From: Mobula birostris
Lineage: Eukaryota
Length of the DNA: 64,000 nucleotides
Assembly: GCF_030028105.1 (NCBI RefSeq)
Contig: NC_092379.1
Location: forward strand, 26,157,821-26,221,820
Reading direction: 5' to 3'
The position numbers and the translations under genes are program-made. The notes under the pieces are model-generated. The model did no database searches, had not been told where the DNA came from, and saw nothing but the letters and a program-made list of their open reading frames with translations. Below are positions 39,031-53,310 of the stretch, in pieces; position 1 is the stretch's first letter, and each line of letters begins with the position of its first letter.

Positions 39031-40907
39031 TCCGTTCATTTTAAATCTTCAGTGTTGGCATGGTGTTACGTAATATTCCGGCAGATTTGTAGTTCATTGC
39101 TCTGCATTGTTCAGAACAGTGCCTTAAACAAGCGACAATCTGTCAGTTCAGATTTACTTTGTTTTTCCAGATGATATCCATGGGAATTATATAATATAGT
39201 ATAATGTACCATTCGGATCAGACGTCGTTCTACTTTGCCTTATCTCTCACCCGTGCATACCAAAGTTTCCGTTAAACTTTAAATTAGTTTCCTGCGCTAG
39301 ATTGATTTTTTTTCTGCCTTTCTCAATTCTTGACACCACATGGTATCAACGGATAAAAGATCATTTATTCCTTGACAAAGCGTTTGAATATGGTTAGAAG
39401 AACACATAAACCTGCCTCTAGAACTGTGATATAGCGGGTCACATCAGCATATCACTTCTCAGTAAACCTGCTCATTTCAGACCGTGTTTGATGAATATAT
39501 GTTCATTAAATGTATTACGGTTGATCACAATAATATCTAGCATTATGTTTTGTTGGAATGGTGTAGCGAAGACTCAATCGAAAGTTCAGACATCGTACGA
39601 ACGACAATACAATGGAAACCGCACATTGACAATGGTAAAGGTCAGATAAAAAAAATACGCATACCATATATCCATGGTTGGATTACGAAAAACTTAAATA
39701 AAAATTTCATGAAACAATCACATGCAACGTTACAGCCACGATGAATTTAAGAGCAATCAATGCATTATAATTTTGAAAATCTGCGGACACTTGTGATCAA
39801 TTGTAGCAGGATAAAGGTGCCGTTGCCTGGATCTAAATTCTCCCTGAACTCATGGATTCACAAGGGTGTTGTCCCGCTTAAAAAAATTACGATGATATAT
39901 GACGATTGGGCCTGCTTGCGTGCAGCGACTAGGAATGTAGAGTAAACACACGGAAGTATATCAGATAAGGGCGGATAAAACGAAATGTCGTAAAAATACA
40001 CTTGCAGTACTTGCACATCTTTGATGAAAAGGAAGAAAGTGTACTGTTAAGTTGTGAGAAACAAACTTAAAGGGGAACTGCAACATAAATGTTTTTTTTA
40101 ATCTCAATCGACGTGGTTAATATCTCTAACTCACAGTCAGAGATGGTGATGTAAATGGGTGCACATACCGTAGTTTGGGTGGGAAATTTGACAAAGGACA
40201 AAAGGTGTATAAGGAACGTCGGAAGATGGAATTGAAAAGGATGGCATGAACAAGTTTATCTGTTCACGGTGGGCGGAAGTTGCCCATTTTCTTAAGGTAG
40301 TTTGTTTGAACTCTGAGAACCACGACATTTGCTCGTTTCGTTTTTGTACAATGAAATATTGAAACAATCTGAAGCCGACGTAGAATGAAGTAAACATATA
40401 GAACTTGATGAGTGCAATTTATCACTTCAACATAGTCTGCGATAGTTAGTTTTCCTCCTAAAGACAGCAACAAATCCCCAGCTTTGGACTTTATATATAA
40501 TATATATATAAAATCAACTCCGTGTTTTCAGTACGAGATCATATGAAGTAATTTCTGATCCTCCCATCTATGCCTTTGAGTCTTACATGCTTCTGAATCT
40601 TTTGATCTGAGGAACTAATTTATGTGCTGTCTCCTGCGCAGAAACATTTTCTTTGTTGTCCTGCTGAGATGGAATAGGGACGAGCGCTCGATAATAGAGG
40701 CACTTGGAAGTTCTTGCAAAAAGATAATTGTGTTTAGCCTTTTCTGCCATCCCTGCTAATTTATACAGGATTAGTAATTCGGCGTCACATTGTAATCCTA
40801 ATCAATTGGCCCCGGACCGTACTAAACACCACGGGGGGCTTCGGATGCATGCGAGCAGAATATTGATATTCTATGATTAAATTTTCTAATTATGTTGACC
40901 ATAACAG

Positions 40908-41213
40908 GACATTCCCGAGGCGATCCCGTTTATCAGTCAGCTGCTGTCACCACTGTTGCCGAAGGGGAAGGTGCAGTGCTAAACTGTAACTATAAAACTG
41001 CAGGCACGGACAACTCCGTACTAATCTGGTACCGACTGTATCCGAAGGCTCTCTGGAGTTTCTGCTGTTCCGTACGAAATCCGACGGCCACCGAGAGAAT
41101 ATTCTCAGACAACGTTTCACGGCGCAGCTGCATGATTCGAGCGGAACGGTCCCACTGACAGCATCCGAAATATACCTTGCAGACTCTGCCATGTATTACT
41201 GTGCTCTGAAGCT
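40908..41213 (+). pseudogene. TCR alpha/delta-like V exon V2 with a single 1-nt frameshift
   Basis: Acceptor ataacag|GA. Reads GHSRGDPVYQSAAVTTVAEGEGAVLNCNYKTAGTDNSVLIWYRLYP / shift at ~41045-41047 / GSLEFLLFRTKSDGHRENILRQRFTAQLHDSSGTVPLTASEIYLADSAMYYCALK. No intact leader found. Confidence 0.9.
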
Positions 41214-41252
41214 CACAGGGGTATAGAACTAGTCTGAATCTGGACAATAACT
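41214..41252 (+). promoter_or_regulatory. 23-bp-spacer RSS of V2
   Basis: CACAGGG + 23 nt + ACAATAACT. Confidence 0.9.
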
Positions 41253-41904
41253 ACTTGAGTTATCTAGCGGCAGCTGAATGCAACTGAGGCTTCTGAGCGT
41301 CTGTATATCCTTGGACGTCCCGACATACACCCAAATAACAATTTATTTGCTGAGATTATTATCCAATAGATAGTGTCACCTTAACCATATTACTGCCCAA
41401 TCCGTTCCACTGCGCATCCGGCTACCAAAATTTCGTCTAAAATATTCACACGACAAAAGAAACAACAGAACCTTCGTATTTTTTCTCGCTATTTTGAAGA
41501 AGAGCCGATTTCCCTTGCATCAGTGAGGATGCCCACTATGCAGTAAAATGTTGTTTATTTTCTAGTAAGACTACTACGTTGAAATCTCACGGTTTATGTA
41601 TTTTAATATTACTTGCAGTTTTGAATATGTCAATCTTTTGCTATATTTGTGTTTACTTCCGAGCTTTTTTTTTCAGAGCTTCCTGTGGCTTACTAGATAA
41701 TAGCTGCCTAACATTGCCTGATTGGGACACCACAATCTCGAATAAGAAATAGATGGGTGCACTGGTAAAAAACGAAATTGCATTTTAATTTGCAGCTCAC
41801 CCTTGATAGTACTACAGAGACAATCCATGAATATGCAGTTTACAGGGCAATCGTTACCTGTTGTTTTCTCAAATTTGCTCGTCAATTGTTGAACTAAATT
41901 TAGG

Positions 41905-42520
41905 AGCAGAGAGATAATGTTGCAGCTATATAGGACCTTGGTCCGAACCCACTCAGAGTACTGTACTCAGTTCTGCTCGCCTCACTACAGGAAGAATGTG
42001 GAAGCCATAAAAAGGGTGTAGAGAGGATTTACAAGGATGCTGCCTGGATTGGGGAGCATGACTTATGAAAACGGGTTGAGTCAACACGGCCTTTTCTCCT
42101 TTGAGCGACGGAGGATGAGAGGTGACCTGATAGAAGTTTATAAGATGATGATAGGCATTGATCATGTCGATAGTCGGAGGCTTTTCGTTTTTTGTTCCGT
42201 CCCCCCCACCCCAGGGCTGAAATGGTTCCCACAAGAGAACACAGGTTTAAGGTGTTGGGGAGAGGTACAGAGGAGATGCCAGTGTTTCTTTTTTCTTTCA
42301 ATTTTACTCAGAGAGTGGAGAGTGCGTGGAATGGGCTGCCGGCAACCGTGGTGGAGGCGGATATGATAGGGTCTTTTAAGAGACTATTGGATAGGTACAT
42401 GGAGCTGAGAAAAATAGAGGGCTATTGTTAAGTCCAACAGCTTCTAAGGTAGAGACATGTTCGGCACAACTTTGTGGGCCAAAGGGCCTGTATTGTGCAG
42501 CAGGTTTTCTATGTATCTAT
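41905..42520 (+). mobile_element. CR1 LINE 3' end
   Basis: RMLPGL...LFS.ERRRMRGDLIEVYKMM motif followed by the 3' UTR. Confidence 0.85.
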
Positions 42521-43736
42521 GTTTGTATAAATTACGCAGCTGAGATCTCACGTTTCAGGAAATGACTTTAACATCACTCATTTACACCATTCAAAAGAGC
42601 CCGAGTCTCAAGTAACAGAAAAATTGGGGAAAATTTAAAGGCGAATCGGTAACTTGAACAAAGAAAGATATTTGTTGATAAATTATACGCTAATGGCAAT
42701 GCCTGCCAAAGTGCCAGTGATATGAAAAGCGGAAATCCCGTGACATGCATACTATACTATTATGTGCACAGTTCATGCTAACATTACATTATTTATTATG
42801 TAAATGAAGTGTTGTCTTCGGGTTATTAGATATGCAATCATCTTAATTTTGACTATTGCGAATTTGCTGCTGTACTGCTTGAACAACAATACATTTCAAC
42901 AAATTTATCTCCGACTACATCACCGCGAAATTGTTCTTAGATTAGTGAAACAATTATTCCTCTTGAATTAGAGTCTGATACGTAAATCATTGAGCCCTTC
43001 GGCCCTATGCATTGGATTTACAAATAGTTGTTTTACGTAAAGCTGTTAAGCAGTTTAAAAGATTACCACCACGCTTCTTGGTAGATCATCTGATTACAAA
43101 GCAACCATTGTCTTCCAAGGCCGTAGCTCTTCCGCTTTCCCCACCAGTCTCCTGCTGGGACCGCCGTTGGCCATCGATCGTAACCCCAGCCAAGGGACCC
43201 TTACCAGATGCTACTAGTCGAGTCAGCTGGACCTGGGGAGAATCGCAAGGGAATAATCTACTAGATCCTTCGGACATCTTAAGGCCCTGCTACCTGCTTT
43301 TTGGGAGTTACAATCTTAATTATATTATTTTTCCCTGGTGGATTGTGGACTGCTATCATCTCAATTGTCGACCGAGTTAATGTTTTTTTTTTTTTTTACT
43401 TCCTTTCATGTCTCAACATTCTCATCATTTTAATAAAGGCAAACTGCAGAATAGCTTTTTTTCTGTTCTCACTAGTTCAAGTGGACATTATGACATTGTA
43501 ATATCATACAGACAGGGAACCATGTTTTAGAGAATAGTTTACACAGGTGCTTGAGTCTGTAGAACAGTGCTTTCATATGGCTAAACAATTAAGCATAATT
43601 GTACGGAATTAGTAAATCTAAAGAAAAAGTCAGCTGCTTAATTAATTGAGGCTGGTGTAATTTCAACAGAACATGATCAATTGACTTTACAGTAACCGTG
43701 TCTGTACGAGGACTAACATAAGTTGGTTAATTTACT

Positions 43737-46700
43737 TGTAAGACGCTTTAAGGTTTCACTGCTAATGTAATTGCCTCTCAGTAATGTTTCACTTCTGATG
43801 TAATGGTTCCTCTGCAGCAGCAATGTTTGGTTTATGACTAAAGATAACGGGGATTTGGACTGTGCAAGCTATGCAATGAGAGAAATGTTCTTCTTTCTTG
43901 TGAGTCTGGAAGAGAGACTTTCGCGGTCTTTTGCCGGCGAGATATTAGGAGAGAAGACGCGAATGGCGAGTGCTGGTCGACCGCCAGAGACAGTGGACTT
44001 GGCGTGAAGGCCGAAGGCCAGGGACAATCGGAGGTGGTCGACGGCGGACAAACGACCTTATCAGTGAGCTCCAAACTTGCTCATTAAGCTATCTCATGAT
44101 AATGAGCCCTTTTCGTTTTTGGTTGTTTTCTTTACATATCATATAGTAAAATTAAAGATTATAAAGCTCAATTTGTTTAATCGCATATTGTGGATTGTTT
44201 GTTATTTCGTCGTACTGATTTCTAACAGGGACACATCGCGCAGCGCCCACCCAAACGAGGTTTCGAAAGTTTGGCTAGGCCGGCCGATACTAAGCTGAAG
44301 CCGAACGAGAGTAACAATTATGGAAGCTTGTCTATAAATGATTCCGTCGAAAGCTATGTGATTTCCCTGACAGTTGTAGGTATTCATTGTCCGGATAAAT
44401 TGTTAATTTGACTGTTAAGTACTGCTAAAGTTGCGATTGTGGGCGGAGGTTTGATAAAACGGCGGGCGCAGCTCTCGTTTTAATGCAGACCACGGATGAG
44501 GTAGGGGGAGCGGAGGACGAAGATTTCAAAGACGGCGTTCTTTCGTTTCTGAGGAGTGAGGAGAAGGAATGGTCGGAGTTAGAATGTCTAATTAGTCCAC
44601 GTATCCTGATGAAGAGTGAGAATTCTGAGTTAGTAAACGCCCTTGCCTCTCTGGCATAAAAAGGGAAAATTCAGATTTAAATTGCCAGTTATGATAGGTT
44701 CCGCCTATTGTCTGGAATAACGCCAAACCCTAAAGGGGAAGAGGGGTGTCTTAGGCGGAGCGTAGCTATTAATTCTTAGATGAGTGGCAGTGCTCTGATG
44801 ACGTAAAGCGACAGAGACTGTTTGAAAATTTGAATGGGCGGACAACTAACGTTGTGAGTGTCTTCGGGTTAAAATATCCCCTAGCAAACGTGAGCAATTA
44901 CCTGTGAGCACGGGAAAACTCTGTGGCCCGACAGGAAACCAAATGGAGCTCATGGTGGTGTTTCAGAACCTACTTCTGGACAAGGAGAAGAAAATTCATG
45001 CTTTTATTTTACAGCTGAAGTGGGAGCTAAATTCCTGCAGCGTAGAGTGGTCATTCAAGCGGCTGAGCTGGATCAGTTAAGAATTGACCAGATAGCCAAC
45101 GGCGCCCAGTCTCATGAACCCGACTGCTCGGGGTCTCCAACAGGTTCGCAAGACGCCCGACGTTCAACTTTTACTGAGCTGCTCAGCGGGATGATTCGGG
45201 CATTTGTATCACTTGGGCAGCGGTCGAAAAGGGAGACTTGGCTGGGGTGGAGCAGACGAAACATGCGTCGCTTGGAGCAGAAAAAAACAAATCTTATATC
45301 TGGTCACGTCCTCCTCAGACCGACCTCACCGTTGCCAGCTGCTTCTGCCCGAGAAGAATCAGAGAATTGCGTTAAAGTCACTTCATGATGATCCAGACAT
45401 TCTGGGTTAAAAAGAACTATGGATTGCTCAGATACCGGTTTTACAGGCCCAAGATGAAATGCAAGGTCGAGGTCGTGCATTTGCTGCATACGGCGGAAGT
45501 CGCTGCTCATGCGGACAGCTTCCTTGTCCAACTTGCAGAATGCGGGGCCTCTGGACCTGGTGTGTATATATTTCTGGTCAAAAGAACCGGATAACGGCAA
45601 CAGGACAAACGTCTTAGTCATTACGGACGACTACACCAGATATGCTCAGGCTTTACATGTCAACGACGGAGAGGAACTTACGGTCGCAGAAGTGTTATGG
45701 GAAAAATAAATCGTCTATTATGGCAATCCTAGGGGGATACATAGTGATCTGGGACAGGATGTCGAGAGCAGACTCATCTATGAGTTACTGGGCATGCTTG
45801 GATTCGAGAAGCGCTATCACACGCAGGGTGATCCCAGTCAGAAAGTTTTAATCGGAGCTTGCTAGACATGCTCGGGACCCTGGAGATCAGCAAGAATAGC
45901 AGGTGGAGTCAACATATTGGACAGCTGGTGCACAGTTTTAACTGCACTCGAAATGAAGCTACTGGTTACACACTATGTTACGTGATGTTTGGGCGCGAGA
46001 CGAGGTTGCTCTTTAACCATAGCTTTGGACTAAAGATGGTGACTTACCACTGAAGACTTATCTAATGTGTATGTATCTGACGTGAAAATAGCTGTGAAAG
46101 GCTTATGACTCAACTGGCGTCGAGGCCGCCAATCAGAATCAAGGGAATAACAGGTGACGTTTTCCGAACTCCGGCCAGGTAACAAGAGTCCACAGCGGGA
46201 ATATGGGGCTACTGGAAAGTATAAATTCGCTGATCGCTGGGTGGCTACGCCCCACGTAGTGGAGATTCAGATGTCAAACTTATTATTTTTCCCGGGGAAA
46301 CCAATGTATGGTTATGGGCGTGTCAAGGTAATCCATCGGAACCACCTGTTGCCCTAGAGTCAAGAGGTGCAGGTGGACCCAAGCCCGAACTGGAGACTAC
46401 ACATAATGAGATGACTATACGGAAATGTGGGGCGACTACAGACCCCCCAACAGTCGAGGTTAGGCCGGCTTTCACACCTGAAAGTGTTATTGATGCGGCT
46501 GATGACGACACGGCTGGGTGTTATATGCTGTATATCGCTAACTCCACATTGACTGAGGAAGAGACTCATTGTCCTTCTCCTATTGAGTAAGGTGAAGTAA
46601 GGATGGGGCTACCTGTGTGCAACCTGGATTTGGCCACGGGACAGAGGGCTCCGAATTACAGGTGGCCACGAGCATGGATTGGGCAAAGCTCCACCAGGCA

Positions 46701-47550
46701 GACTGGAAATATCCACCGTAATGTCTGAACATGAAGAGTTATATGAGTGGGTTCGCGTGTCAGTGGTAATTAGAAGACCACCATATAGGTTGGCCTGCGT
46801 AGCAACAGGGGAACAGGGTGTAACCCCTTCCGTTTTGGGGAGCTATGTTACTGCATGTTACACGTGGATTGAGCTTTGTGTTTTGCAGGAAGTGTTGGCG
46901 AATTATCTCGACGTCATGAAGACATGACTAAATTTGCTGTGGAGAGCGTGTAACACGCTGTAAGTTGTCACTGTCAATGTAATGACCTCTGTGTAATGTC
47001 TGTCTGTTAATGTAATGGTTGCTCTGCAGTAGCAATGTTTGGGTTATGACTAGAGATTACGGGGCTTTGGAATGTGGGAGTTATCCGATGAGTGAAATAT
47101 AGTTCTTTCTTGTGAGGCTGCCAGAGGGATTTTCGCAGTCTTTTGCAAGTCAGAGCTGAGGAGGGAAGACATGAATGGAGAGCGTTGCTAGACTGGCGGA
47201 CGGAGTGAACCTGAACCGATGGGCGAAGGTGAGGGACGATCGGAGAAGGTTAATTGTGCACGACCGGCCTTGCAGTGAGCTCCAACCTTGCTTATTAGGC
47301 TGTTCAATGACAATGGCCCTTCTGTTTTTCTTTTTTTTTATTATTTTCTTTACTAACCATAGTGTCATATTAAGAATTTAAAAAAATGTTCAGTCGTTTA
47401 ACCGCATATTATGTACTGTTTGTTATCTCATAGTACTGATTTGTAACATAGACACATCGCGCTGCATCCACCCACAATAGATTTCTTAAATTTGGCCTGG
47501 AAGGGGGCTTCAGCTTAAATATTAAGCCGCTAACCGAACGGAGAATTACA
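43737..47550 (+). mobile_element. Internally deleted Gypsy LTR retrotransposon with both LTRs
   Basis: LTRs 43737-44316 and 46949-47550 (TG...CA), 4-bp TACT target duplication, and integrase relics (GPLDLVCI..LVITDDYTRYAQA; KFADRW) at 45400-46350. No RT seen. Confidence 0.85.
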
Positions 47551-49079
47551 TACTTGAAACCCTAAAGTAACGTCTCAGTCCATGGAGATCCGTATAACAT
47601 GGTGATTACTGCAGTCTGGATTCTAACAAAGATATTTCTATGAAATCGGTTATAGATAGCCGATTATGCAAAATGTGATTCTTATTTAAGACGGCAAACA
47701 TTCTGAACCTGTGTCATAACATGACTGGTATTATATATCTGCCAACTGGTATAAGGAAAGACGTAATTAAAAAAACACAACCGCCCCCAGTTGAAGTCTC
47801 GTCAATTGAAAGTGCGAGGAAATCAATGATAATGAACTTTAATTCGAATAAAAGGTCCGGATCCATAATCCGAAGATACATGGAAGAGCATCGGTACTAC
47901 TTCAATCCGATACGTCAGGGCATGAAACCTCACTAAACAGGAAAGTGCTTTCTGAGATTCTTCGTTTCCAGCAGCCTGGATTATTTTTATTTATTTATAT
48001 ATTTATTTGCTTTCTTAAGCGTCTCTTAAGTATCATACTACAGAACTTTTACAAGTCATTTAATTAATTGTTAAATTGAGTACAGTGCGATTAGCTCTGG
48101 GAATACAATTCCTGAAATGTGATAACACATTACCAATAGTAATTGTTTCTGAGCCCCAGTGTAGCACAAGCCTACTTACCTCTCTAATGCCCCAATCTGC
48201 TTTGTTGCTTGATCTATTAATCCCTAACCGTTTCCTTATTCCACAATGCAACCAATTAACCTAACTTTGGCAGATCAATGAAGACTGGGCCTAAGTTATT
48301 ACCTCCAAATTCACTATGACGCTTTATATCAGTGGGGAGAGAGTGAACGTCGATTCAGACCATGAGAGTCCTGTGTCGAGTATTTTCATCCCTGACAAGG
48401 CGCAGATTCGACGTCTGTGCTGAGGCCACTCCTCGCACAGCACTAGAGCACTGTGTAGTTAAGTGCCTTGCTGAAGGACACAAACACGCTACCACAGATG
48501 AGGCTTGAACTAGCGACCTTCAGACCACTAGACGAAGGCCTTAGTCGCTTAGCCACGTGGCCAACAGAGGCAAAGAGAAATATAGCATAGTAATAATTGA
48601 CCTGTGAAAACTGTAGGAAAAAAAAATCAGCTCGTATTTTTCTCTTTGAATATCAACATATTCAAGGAGTGGATACCCCCTCTCAGACAGAAAGGACCAT
48701 TTCGCGCTCAGAGATGGAAAAATATCGAAACGAAGATTCTAGATGTTGAAATTAATCAACTTTGATTTCAGAGTTTACCAAAGATATTGTTCAATGATTA
48801 TTCAAAACGTCATAAGTATCATTTAGTTAAAGCGTATTATGGCAAAAAAAAAAAGAAAGTTACCTCAACACATTTTATGATTCCGGTTCTATTTCATCGT
48901 TGTAAACTGTGTGAAGGCTATGTTTCATTTATCTATTTGTGCACTTGCAACAACTAAATGTGTTAGAACGTTCTACATTAATAAAAATAAGAGCTACACT
49001 TCAGTTCTCCTTAAGATATGATCTCTATGTGCTCAGACCTATGCTCTAATAATAATAATTAGATAATTATAATTATAAA

Positions 49080-49490
49080 AAAAATGCCAGGATAATCAAG
49101 GACGCGACCCACCCAGCCAACAGACTCTTCGTCCCTCTTCCCTCCGGGAGAAGATTCAGGAACTTGAAGACTCGTACGGCCAGATATGGTAACAGCTTCT
49201 TTCCAAATGTGATAAGACTGCTGAACGGATCCTGGCCCGGATCTGGGCCGTACCCTCCAAATATCCGAACCTGCCTCTCGGCTTTTTTTCACTACCTTAC
49301 TTACCATGTTTCTATTTTCTATTTAGGATTTACATTTTTTTTTAGGATTTACTATGTTTAACTATTTTAATATGTAATATTTGTAATCCAGGGAGTGTGA
49401 AGCGCAGAATCAAATATCGCTGTGATGATCATACGTTTTAGTACCAATTGTTTGGCGACAATAAATTATAAATTATGAAATATAAAGTAT
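49080..49490 (+). mobile_element. Rex1/Babar LINE 3' end
   Basis: IIKDATHPANRLFVPLPSGRRFRNLKTRTARYGNSFFP motif. Confidence 0.75.
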
Positions 49491-50023
49491 AATATGTTTT
49501 AAGAACGGCCAACTTGGGATAATGTTAAAAACGGATTTTTGTTAAAAAGAGACTAATGATGACGGAGGCAAAAAAAAATTAAAAACGATTACCCGGCTTT
49601 GCTTTCTAATTCAATGTTGGTAAAGCCTTAAATTCCAAAGAAGGCCATTCAGTCTGCCCAATGGAGGCATCTGCTCGTTCTGTCACGATTGCAAGGTAAT
49701 ACAGTATCCACCAAAACTCCTTAGACTTGCTTACGCTCATGTGTATTCTCTGTAGCGAGATGAAGCTGCCAATATGAGTGTTTTCCATCTTTTCTTTTGT
49801 GAGTACACACTCAGGACCAACGACAACTAAGTTCCAGCTAATGATTTGCCTAATGACCGGTTATATTCCTCCGAGGCGCCAATGTAGGCGGCAAGTATTG
49901 CAGCTCTCGTTAAAAGCAATAGAAATCATCATATATTCTCGCTCACAACTTTTTTTTTCTCATTTATTATTGTTTTTCTTCGTTTCCTCTCTTATTTGAA
50001 ATTAATTGTTTTATAGACTCTTA

Positions 50024-51565
50024 CAGGGACATGCAAATGTTTGGACATCCCTGGTCAAAATTTCCGTTACTGTGATAGCTTAGCGAGTAAAAGATAACCT
50101 GATTTCGAAAAAGCATAAACTTAAAGATGACACATTTCTTCAATATTTTAAGCAAAATCACTTTTTTTCCACCTTTTACATTTTCAAAATAGCGAAAAAA
50201 TTAAAAGGGCTCGAAGCAAGAGTTTGGGCACCCTGCATGGTCAGTACTTAGTAACACCCCCTTTGGTAAGTATCACAGCTTGTAAACACTATCTGTAGCC
50301 AGCTAACAGTCTTTCAATTCTTGTTTGGGGGTTTTCCTTGCAAAAGGCTTCTAGTTCTCTGAGATTCTTAAGCCGTCATGCATGAACTGCTCTTTTGAGG
50401 TCTATCCACAGATTTTCAATGATGTTTAGGTCGGGGGACTGTGAGGGCCATGGCAAAACTTTCAGCTTGAGCCTGTTGAGGTAGTCCATTGTAGATTTTG
50501 TGGCGTGTTTAGGATCATTATCCTGTTGGGGAGCCATCTTCTTTTCATCTTCAGCTTTTTTTTTTTTTACAGATGGTGTGATATTCCCTTCCAGAATTTG
50601 CTGGTATTTAATTGAATTCATTCTTCACTCTACCAGTGAAATGTTCCCTGTTCCACTGTCTGCAACACAAGGCAAAGCATGATCGATCTACCTCCGTTAT
50701 AACAGTTGGAGAAGTGTTATTTTCATGAAACTCTGCACCTTCTGTTCTTCAAACATACCTTTGCTCATTGCGGCCAAAAAGTTCTATTATAACTTCATCA
50801 GTCCTCAGGATTCGTTTCCAAAATGCATCAGGCTTGCTTAGATGTCCCTTTGCAGATTTCTGGCGCTGAATTTTGTCGCGAGGACGGAGGAAAGGTTGTC
50901 TTTTGATGACTCTTCCATGAACGTCATATTTGTGCAGGTGTCGCTGCACAGAAGAAAGGCGCATCACCACTCCAGAAGAGGAACAATCTTCCTGAAGGTC
51001 TTTTGCAGTCAAACGGGGCTTTTGATTTGCCTTTCTAGCAGTCCCACGATCAATTCTCTAGGAAACTTTTCTTGGTCTTCCAGACCTGAAGTTGACCTCC
51101 ACCGTTCCTTTTAACTGCCAATTCTCTGTTACATTACAAACAGAGGAGACTGCTCTCTGAAAACGCCTTGTTATCTTCTTATAGTCTTTTCCTTTGTGGG
51201 TGGTATTTGTTTTAATTTTCAGAGTCCTAGCCGACTGCCTGGAGGAGCCTATGGCTTCAGATTGTTGGGGCAAGTTTTGAGGAGTCAGGGATTTCTAAAG
51301 TTTCGAATTTGCATCACATCGCCATTTCTAACGGTGACTGTGAACAAGCAATACCCCTAACAGTCCCATTAAGGTCTGAAACTTTGGTAAAAGTTATCCG
51401 AGATCTCATATCTATTAGGGCGTCACTAATCTTGTTTAAAATGTTGAAAACAATTTTTCAGCTTTAGATTTACTACTTCTGGAGATCAGTTCACCTTCTA
51501 CTCACTTAAGTATTCACTGTAACAAAATATTTCACCAGGGCTACCAAAACATCTGTATGCCACTG
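50024..51565 (-). mobile_element. Tc1/mariner transposon, decayed
   Basis: Terminal inverted repeats flanked by TA (50022-23, 51566-67); transposase motifs QQDNDPKH and WPSQSPDLNIIENLW. Confidence 0.92.
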
Positions 51566-51639
51566 TATCGAATTGATGCAACTGAACTCTGTTTTCCATA
51601 TTAATTTAGTGCATCTGTATAATAAGTGACGTTGGAAAT

Positions 51640-53310
51640 GTGTGTATGGAACCGGAGGAGGTAACGGAGGTATTTAATGACTACCTTGTTTCTGCCTCAG
51701 TATTCATGGAAAAGGAGCATGGCGATTGTAGGGATTACTTACAATGGATTAAAAAGCTTGATCATAGAGACATTAAGAAAGGGGATATGCTGGAACTTTA
51801 GAAAAGCATCAAGTTTGGTAAGTCTCAGGAATCGGAAGAGATGTACCCTAGTCTACAATGAGAGGCTAGGGAAGAGACTGCTGAGCCTCTGGCACTGATG
51901 CATGCATCATCAATTGGGACGAGAGACATCACGGCCTTTGGAAGGTTGCAGTTGCGGTTTCCGTTTTCAAGAAATGGAGTAGAGATTGCCCAGCAAATTA
52001 AAGACCATTGAGTCATACTTCAATGGTTGTTAAGTCGATAGAAAATACTCTGAGAGGCAGGATTTATGACGTTTAATGAGGCATAATATTATCAGGCATA
52101 GTACCTTTGGTTTTGTCAAAGGCATGTCATGTCTGACGAGCCGAATTGAAAATTTTGAGGTTGTGACTAAGCATAGTGCTGAAGATAGAGCAGTAGATAT
52201 AGTGTATATGGATTTGAACAAGGCAGTTGATAAAGTTCCCATGCAAGACTTCATTGGGAATTTAAGTAGGCATGGGATGCAAGGGGACCTTGCTTTGTAG
52301 ATCCAGAAATGCTTCCCCGACAAGGCAAAGAGCTCGGTGACCAATGGTTTGTCTCAGCAATCAGTTCCGGGAGTCCTACTTTTCGTGATTTTCATAAATG
52401 AACTTAATGAGGAAGTCAAAGGATGTGTTGGGAAATGTATTAATGACGCAAAGTTTCAGAGTATTGTGGATAATGTGTAGGGCTGTCAGATGGTACGACG
52501 GGACATCGATGGATACAAATCTGCTCTGAGAAGTGGCAGATGGAGTTCAAACGTAGGTGTGCGTCAGGTGGTTCATTTTGAGCGAGCAAATACGCTGGCA
52601 GAATATAATGGGAAGGATCAGAGGAATCTTGGGTTCCGAATCGATAGGACACTCAAAACTGCTGCGCAGCTTGACTGTGTGCTTTCGAAGGCATACGATG
52701 CATTGACCTTCATCAACATTGGGACTGAGTTTCAGAGCCGAGAGATAATGTTACAGCTATATAAGACCATGGTCAGACACCACGGAGTACTTGCACAGTT
52801 CTGATGATCATACTAGAGGAAGGATGCGTAAATTATAGAAAGTGTGCAGAGGAGATTTACAAGGATGTTACCTGGATTGGGTAGCATGGCTCAGTTTTTA
52901 GTGAACTCGGTCTTTCCACTTTGAAGAGGTGGGGAATGTGACGTGACCTGAAATAATTGTATATGTTGATTGGAGGCATTGATCGTGTGGATAATCAAAG
53001 GCTTTTATATTGCCTGGGCTGAAACTCCTAACAGAAAAGGGAACAGTTTTAATTGCCTGGACGTAGGTACAGAGGAGATGTCAGCGGCAGGTTTTCTTTT
53101 TTTTTCGCACAGTTTAATGCGTGGTACAGGGTGCCGGCTAATGTGGTGGATACGTTAGGGTCTTTTAACATATTCCTGGTTAGGAGCATAGAGCTTAGAA
53201 ATCTAGCGGACTATGGTTAACCCCAAGTAATTTCTCAAATAAGCACTTGTCTGCATAATCTTGTGGGCCGAAGGGTGTGTATTGTGTTGTAAATGCTCCT
53301 ATATTTCTAT
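51640..53310 (+). mobile_element. Degenerate CR1 LINE RT/3' part
   Basis: GFVKGMSCL..AVDIVYMDLNKAVDKVP and LQLYKTMVRHH motifs. Confidence 0.8.

Noticed and set aside
40090-40460. Minus-strand segment with an acceptor, INCT and a GFRLF..Q-like stretch
   Set aside because: No convincing leader, W41, FR3 motif or RSS; chance similarity is likely.
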